A DNA stretch of 64,000 bases from Bacteroidales bacterium (lineage in GTDB: Bacteria; Bacteroidota; Bacteroidia; Bacteroidales; UBA3663). This document shows positions 60,341 through 64,000 of the stretch, in pieces (the first letter of the stretch is position 1; each line of letters starts with the position of its first letter). Both the position numbers and the translations under genes were made by a program. The notes beneath the pieces are model-generated. The model saw nothing but the letters and a program-made list of their open reading frames with translations. It was not told the DNA's origin and did no database searches. The stretch lies in contig JAZQQU010000095.1 of NCBI GenBank assembly GCA_045629225.1, forward strand, positions 8,055-72,054, read 5' to 3'.

Positions 60341-61391
60341 GCGTGTGTTGGTTAGCTTAGTCCGAAGCCTTGACCTAAGCCACTATCAGATCACTGTTCA
60401 GACTTTGTTTGATGTCGGACCATTGCGATACGAGTTGCCAAGTGACGTCGAATATCGCAGAGGGCTTCCGTTCATTTTTCGAGGCAATGTACAGTTGATG
60501 AAGCTGTTCAGTCCTGCGTGGCTGTATCGCATCATCGTCGGCCGACGTTATGACGTGGTGGTCGCCTTTCTCGAAGGGGCAGTCACGCGCATCATTTCTG
60601 GGTGTCCCTATCCTGACACTCGCAGGTTAGCGTGGGTTCACATTGAACAGCACGATCTCCCTACCTTCGCTCATTGTTATCGCTCAGCTTCCGAGGCTAT
60701 CCGCTGCTATCAGAGGTTCGACCAGGTCATAGCCGTATCGCAGTCGGTCAAGCAGGGATTTGACGCCATGTCCGGGTTTTCAGCCCGCGTCATCCACAAT
60801 CTTATCGACGTCGATCGCATCCTCCAGCTTTCTAGAGAGCAGGTCACTGACTTTACCTTGTCGGCCTGTCCCAACCTCATCAGTGTGGGGTCGCTCACCC
60901 ATCAGAAGGGATATGACCGACTGATACGTGTGCATTGCCAACTGCTTCAGAGGGGCCTTCTCCATCATGTCTATGTGATAGGTGAGGGGGAATCTGAGGC
61001 TTCGCTCCGTAACTTGATCCGAGAGCTTGATGTGGACGAAACCTTCCATCTGCTTGGCTATCGTTCCAATCCATACCCATATCTTACCCAGGCTGATCTC
61101 TATGTCTGTTCCTCCCGACAGGAGGGCATGAGCACAGCAGTCACCGAAGCTCTTATCTTGGGACTGCCCGTCATCAGTACGCGCTGCGGTGGGGCAGAGG
61201 AACTGTTAGGAGCAAGCGGAGAATATGGCGTAGTCACTTCGAATGACGAACAGGGTCTCTTCTCGGGTTTGTCCCACCTCCTTGGCGATACCCAGTGCCT
61301 TCTGGACCTCAGGTCCAAAGCGAGCCTACGTTCCGATGTTTTCTCCCCTAAACCCGTCCTACAGTCTTTGTCTGGTCTATTCGATCCATGA
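60294..61391 (+). CDS. GT4-family glycosyltransferase
   Basis: ATG 60294 lies 47 nt inside the Stealth gene. MNILFLIPSLHARGAERVLVSL... C-terminal SSRQEGMSTAVTEALILGLPVIST (EX7E). Confidence 0.8.
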   Translation: MNILFLIPSLHARGAERVLVSLVRSLDLSHYQITVQTLFDVGPLRYELPSDVEYRRGLPFIFRGNVQLMKLFSPAWLYRIIVGRRYDVVVAFLEGAVTRIISGCPYPDTRRLAWVHIEQHDLPTFAHCYRSASEAIRCYQRFDQVIAVSQSVKQGFDAMSGFSARVIHNLIDVDRILQLSREQVTDFTLSACPNLISVGSLTHQKGYDRLIRVHCQLLQRGLLHHVYVIGEGESEASLRNLIRELDVDETFHLLGYRSNPYPYLTQADLYVCSSRQEGMSTAVTEALILGLPVISTRCGGAEELLGASGEYGVVTSNDEQGLFSGLSHLLGDTQCLLDLRSKASLRSDVFSPKPVLQSLSGLFDP

Positions 61392-62887
61392 TCGTTTTCT
61401 TTTTCTTATTGAATATAGTTTCAAGTTGCCTGGCCTTGGCAAAATATAGCGATTTTTTCGCTATAGTTGTGCTTATCGCTTTGGCAGCTTTGATAGCTGT
61501 AATTGAGAACTATTTCTATAAGATTCTGGTTCATAAGTGGCCACGTCGCTTATTTTTATCGACAGTGGTCGTGGCTCATTCGCTGATCCTGTTGGTCGAT
61601 TCGTTTCTCTTTTGGAATTTCCGATTGTTTCTCGACATTGAAGTCTATGATATCATAGCTGCTACCTCTCGATCCGAAGGGATAGAATTTTTCAAGACTT
61701 ACCTTTCTCTCATTAAGTTTTTATTTTGGTTAGGTTTTGTTTCTAGTTTAGTCATTCTTCTTTTTCGTAGTGCAGTCAGTCTTGTTGGGCAGAAGTGGTT
61801 AACTCGTAGTATCCGTTTGTTTTCGGTCTTTGGAGTCACCTCCATATTTTTCAGTGCCTATGGCTATACAACTGGACGAGGCGGATATTGCGTGCCTCAA
61901 ATGTCTGGTGTGACACGTGTCTTTTATTGTTTCCAAGTCTTACGTCATAATGTTCAAGAGATTGAACTCCTATATCATACCAGCCAACACACTCAAGCCT
62001 CAATCATGCAGGATACCATAGCTAACGTGGTCGTTGTCATTGGCGAATCCTATAGTTGCTCTCATTGTCAGCTTTATGGATATGGCTTGCCAAATACGCC
62101 GAACATGGATGTGCGTCAACAGATGGGTGAATTAGTAGTGTTTCGCCATGTTACATCACCTTTTGATGCTACCAACCAGGCTATGAGAGCTTTGTTTTCT
62201 TTGGACTATCGCTGCTTTTCGGAGGTTCCGATTTTTCCCGTTTGCTTTCATAACGCAGGCTATCGCACACTTATTATGGACAACGAATACTTTCGTGGCG
62301 CAGGTATCAATTTGATGAGCAATGAGATACTATCAGACTACTCGTATGACTATCGCAATTTGTCCTCATATCAATACGATGGAGAGATGATTACTGATAC
62401 ACCGCACTTCGATGCTCCATCACTGTATGTATTTCACCTCAAAGGTCAGCATTATACCTATGCAGAGCGATATCCATCTTCCTTCACTCGCTTCAAGGCG
62501 AATGATTATGATTCCTCCCTCCATACTTTAGCACAACGACAGATTCTGGCACATTATGATAATGCAACCCTTTACAATGATGCAGTCATTGAGCAGATTA
62601 TTTCCAGGTTTCAAGATACAGATTGCTGTCTTTTTTATGTCTCAGATCATGGGGAAGAGATTTTCGATTGTGGTGAGTATATGGGACACGGCACTTCACA
62701 GAGTTCGCCTGACAGTCGTTATCAGTTAACAGTACCGTTGATTTTATGGTCTTCTGATCTTTTCCGCGTGAAGCATGCTGATACATGGAACCGCTTGATT
62801 TCTCAAACAACCGATACTTTACAATCCTCAATTCTGCCAACTTTGTTACTGGAAACTGCAGGAATATCATATAACATCAAGTATTGA
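61388..62887 (+). CDS. membrane sulfatase-superfamily transferase (phosphoethanolamine/phosphoglycerol transferase type)
   Basis: ATGA overlap with the upstream gene. About five N-terminal TM helices. Catalytic-domain motifs VVVIGESYSCSHCQLYGY, HLKGQHYTYAERYP and YVSDHGEE. Confidence 0.7.
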   Translation: MIVFFFLLNIVSSCLALAKYSDFFAIVVLIALAALIAVIENYFYKILVHKWPRRLFLSTVVVAHSLILLVDSFLFWNFRLFLDIEVYDIIAATSRSEGIEFFKTYLSLIKFLFWLGFVSSLVILLFRSAVSLVGQKWLTRSIRLFSVFGVTSIFFSAYGYTTGRGGYCVPQMSGVTRVFYCFQVLRHNVQEIELLYHTSQHTQASIMQDTIANVVVVIGESYSCSHCQLYGYGLPNTPNMDVRQQMGELVVFRHVTSPFDATNQAMRALFSLDYRCFSEVPIFPVCFHNAGYRTLIMDNEYFRGAGINLMSNEILSDYSYDYRNLSSYQYDGEMITDTPHFDAPSLYVFHLKGQHYTYAERYPSSFTRFKANDYDSSLHTLAQRQILAHYDNATLYNDAVIEQIISRFQDTDCCLFYVSDHGEEIFDCGEYMGHGTSQSSPDSRYQLTVPLILWSSDLFRVKHADTWNRLISQTTDTLQSSILPTLLLETAGISYNIKY

Positions 62888-62947
62888 GACAACTATTATT
62901 CTTTCCTTGTCCCAATTCGCGTAAAAAAGAATAAAAATAACACTCTA

Positions 62948-62992
62948 AATGCGATTGAATGCACTATTTCGTGCTTCAATCGCATTTTTTTT
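62948..62992 (+). terminator. rho-independent terminator ending the glycan locus
   Basis: aatgcgattgaa(t)gcac-tatttc-gtgcttcaatcgcatt followed by an 8 T run. Confidence 0.8.
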
Positions 62993-63024
62993 CCCTTTTC
63001 GTACCATCGTATTGAAAAAAACAT

Positions 63025-63032
63025 TATATTTG
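63025..63032 (+). promoter_or_regulatory. -7 promoter box TATATTTG
   Basis: TAnnTTTG match ~220 nt upstream of the next start codon (63252). Confidence 0.45.
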
Positions 63033-63251
63033 CGCCCGTATATAATTCTTGGAACATCTGTCGGGGACCTTTGCACGTGTATTGACGTGTGAGGAGCCTA
63101 GCGAAGCTTTTGCTAAAAGAGTAGCCAAAAACCTGTGACAAGCGTAACGCTCGTCCTTAGTTTTTCGAATCTTACAATCCAAGAATTCTGAACCTTGATT
63201 GAATGCGAGGCTTTACTAATTTTGCTATACACAACATCACAAAATACAAAA

Positions 63252-64000
63252 ATGCATCTCATGAAGAAATCTTTCCTCCTCTTTGCCATGCTCGCCTGCT
63301 TCTGCAGCTCAGCCATGGCCTTCGACGTAGTAGTTGGCACCGGCATCAACGGTGATGATTCCTCTCCCTACGGTGTCGTAAGCAAGTACTCCACCACCCA
63401 GTCCATCTACCTCGCCAGCGAGATAGGGGCTAAAGGCACTATCACCGACATCGCCTACTTTGTGACCAACGGCTCACCACTCGCCGACCAGTACATAACG
63501 GTCTATATGGGCAACACCGACAAGGACTCGTTCAGTTCCACCGATGACGCCCTCTCATTCTTTGAGATGTCGCCGGTCTTCAGTGGCAGAATTACCCTCG
63601 GCAGTGCTTGTGGCAGTTGGGACAACATCACGCTCAACACCGCCTTCGAGTACGATAGCACCAAGAACTTGGCTGTGATGGTGTGCCGATCAGCAACGAA
63701 AACGTCCCCAACACTCCAGTTCCAATACACTCAGGCCACTGGTAAAGTCTTGAGCCGAGAGAATGATAGAGACTCAGATTACAGCACAGGCTGGAATGTC
63801 AGCGACTTCGATGCTTATAATCGCCGTGCCAACATCCGCCTCACCTTCGAGAATCCAGCTCTCAACATCAATGGCGACCTCAACCATGACGGCGTGGTCA
63901 ATGTGCTCGACCTTGAGATGCTAGCTGATGTGATCCTCGAGAAGACCAAGCCCGAGGTGGTGCAGGTCAGCGACGGAGGACTTCACTTCGGAGCCTTGGT
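63252..64000 (+). CDS. secreted protein with dockerin-like calcium-binding repeat (partial, continues beyond the right edge)
   Basis: Absent from the ORF track because it has no stop in-window. My translation from ATG 63252 is MHLMKKSFLLFAMLACFCSSAMAFDVVVGTGINGDD...NINGDLNHDGVVNVLDLEMLADVILEK..., open to 64000. It has a signal peptide and a D-x-N-x-D-G-x-V-N-x-x-D motif. Confidence 0.6.
   Translation, partial: MHLMKKSFLLFAMLACFCSSAMAFDVVVGTGINGDDSSPYGVVSKYSTTQSIYLASEIGAKGTITDIAYFVTNGSPLADQYITVYMGNTDKDSFSSTDDALSFFEMSPVFSGRITLGSACGSWDNITLNTAFEYDSTKNLAVMVCRSATKTSPTLQFQYTQATGKVLSRENDRDSDYSTGWNVSDFDAYNRRANIRLTFENPALNINGDLNHDGVVNVLDLEMLADVILEKTKPEVVQVSDGGLHFGAL

Noticed and set aside
62896-63349. 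Minus-strand ORFs of 81 and 78 aa in the spacer after the glycan locus.
   Set aside because: They overlap the plus-strand terminator and promoter elements and the signal-peptide region of the next gene. The sequence is low-complexity, with no motif.

Overview
This is a 64-kb chromosomal window from a Bacteroidales-type genome. That assignment is an inference from the many TAnnTTTG -7 promoter boxes, the absence of Shine-Dalgarno-like spacers, the T9SS genes and the Bacteroidetes-style long Rho. About 75% of the window is housekeeping: OPT transporter (partial), pdxK, priA, aroA, pepT, DbpA-type helicase, Kv-like channel, L,D-transpeptidase, glyA, tRNA-Leu(CAG), L31-B, cdsA, ftsH, rsfS, recQ, ABC-F, rho, tamB, DUF1343/NamZ, an HD protein and dnaJ. 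Five accessory or unusual parts stand out. (1) A PorX-like response regulator sits next to a PorW/SprE-like TPR lipoprotein, and a T9SS-CTD propeller cargo gene follows a radical-SAM gene and a glycosyltransferase gene. (2) An operon at 43.8-49.1 kb starts with a single polypeptide that looks like NapH fused to NapG through an internal twin-arginine segment. It is followed by a Tat-lipoprotein aldo/keto reductase with an Fe-S tail and an ABC-2 exporter pair. I rank this the best candidate for an undescribed system. (3) A 13.6-kb glycan locus (49.3-62.9 kb) carries wza, wzc and an orphan wzt, then eight tightly overlapping transferases (GT4, GT2, GT32, GT-D, GT2, Stealth, GT4, phosphoethanolamine-type). 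It has no wzm, wzx, wzy or priming transferase, and base composition breaks inside wzt. (4) Two dispersed tandem arrays have an exact 41-bp period with twin palindromes, and a separate hairpin-repeat block lies at 24.3-24.6 kb. (5) A DUF3127 protein has an SSB-like linker and a DDLPF tip, and sits convergent with recQ. All calls rest on reading the sequence and ORF translations. No database search was run.
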